This document shows, one piece after another, positions 34,947 to 35,669 of a stretch of DNA of 35,669 nt (the stretch's first letter is position 1; each line of letters begins with the position of its first letter). The position numbers and the translations under genes are program-made. Source of the DNA: Octopus bimaculoides. Lineage: Eukaryota. The stretch covers positions 70,384,787-70,420,455 of the forward strand of contig NC_068982.1 in assembly GCF_001194135.2 (NCBI RefSeq), read 5' to 3'. The notes under the pieces are model-generated. The model was not told the origin of the DNA and ran no database searches. It saw nothing but the letters and a program-made list of their open reading frames with translations.

Positions 34947-35188
34947 TTTACTGACAGAAGTGACTTCATAAATTTCACTTAAATCCGGTTTAATTTCCCT
35001 ACAAATTTCTTATTTACTTTCGCAACGTTTTGTGTTTTTTGTTGTTGACGGAATTAATGATAAAAGTAAGTTCATGATTTACTGACAGAATAACTTCAAA
35101 AATTTCATCTAAATCCGTACACTTAGTTAATTTCCCTAAAAATTTTTTATTTACTTTTGTAACGGTTTTGTGTTTTTCTGTTGTTAAC
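34947..35188 (+). repeat. Two ~130-bp-period degenerate direct repeats inside the Helitron
   Basis: TTTACTGACAGAA...AAATTTCA...AAATCCG...TAATTTCCCTA...TTATTTACTTT...TTTTGTGTTTTT at ~34947 and ~35078; partial third copy at ~35280. Confidence 0.8.
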
Positions 35189-35384
35189 TGCTTTTTTCTG
35201 GTTCCTTCGATACTGGCTCTTTGGTTCACTAAGTAACAACTTTCGCTTCAACCCTTTACAATTCTTTATTTTCGGTAAAAAATTCTTATTTACTTTTTGC
35301 CCGTCGTATTAAGAAATATAATTTCTGTTACCCAGTTATTTTCATTGTTTACTATCTTCTGTATTACTGTATACGCATATAACT

Positions 35385-35669
35385 ATGCCTAGAAGGAAAG
35401 AGTCAATTTTGTCTACAATGTCAATGTCAACCAAAAGAATGTCTCTGTCCAGGGAAAGAGAGACAACTGCAGAAAGGGAAGCATACCAAGCAACGAACAG
35501 ACTGTGTACTACAAATGCCAGAGCATATCAAAGTGTTGAACAGAGTTATGCACAGCTGACAAGGAATAGAATATCCATTGCAGAACGAAGGGCAGTTGCA
35601 ACAGCCCAGAGAAGTAACTTCCATGGAGCAGCTTTCAATTATGATCCAGCAGTTCATTATGCAGATGAC
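35385..35669 (+). CDS. N-terminus of Helitron Rep/helicase-type ORF (runs off window; absent from the ORF track)
   Basis: 95 open codons: MPRRKESILSTMSMSTKRMSLSRERETTAEREAYQATNRL...GAAFNYDPAVHYADD. A basic MP-RRK start, R/E-rich repeats and the AAFNYDP motif are typical of animal Helitron N-termini, just before the zinc finger. Confidence 0.75.
   Translation, partial: MPRRKESILSTMSMSTKRMSLSRERETTAEREAYQATNRLCTTNARAYQSVEQSYAQLTRNRISIAERRAVATAQRSNFHGAAFNYDPAVHYADD

Larger units (their letters stand above)
34302..35669 (+). mobile_element. Helitron, 5' portion
   Basis: Begins (AT)n-AAATCCCGTTTTGTCTCTGTGTGTG then GATTTTCCCCAAACTGGGAACATACATTACTTATGTTCC (8-bp hairpin 34387-34409), as in 5' ends of insect and mollusc Helitrons. 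Internal (TATC)n and ~130-bp repeats precede the ORF. The canonical 5' TC is not intact. Confidence 0.72.

Overview
Eukaryotic, AT-rich, gapped genomic scaffold (8 N-runs). The repeat content resembles an octopus genome; this is an inference. The main feature is the 3' two-thirds of a + strand CEP120 (centrosomal protein 120 kDa) gene. Twelve GT-AG exons between 5327 and 26214 splice in frame to about 580 aa: end of the linker, third C2 domain, coiled coil and the conserved C-terminal RLIEERD-LLRTGVY motif. A Q7-P-Q14 tract sits in the last exon, and one expected exon is probably hidden in an N-gap. Introns and flanks hold decayed transposons: two full-length mariner elements with TIRs and TA duplications, a third mariner fragment, many RTE-type LINE 3' ends, tRNA-derived SINEs and a MITE-like element. 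The 5' end of a Helitron, with an open Rep/helicase-type N-terminal ORF, runs off the right edge. The most unusual elements are (i) a 217-bp palindrome with a 12-bp target-site duplication carrying two head-to-head degenerate Penelope-type hammerhead ribozyme motifs, (ii) a hairpin-monomer minisatellite with higher-order structure in a LINE 3' UTR, (iii) a 91-bp-arm foldback, and (iv) an A-B-A'-C-B' templated inversion. There is no CRISPR array, rRNA or true tRNA gene. I found no convincing wholly new biological system; the findings are interesting variants of known element classes.
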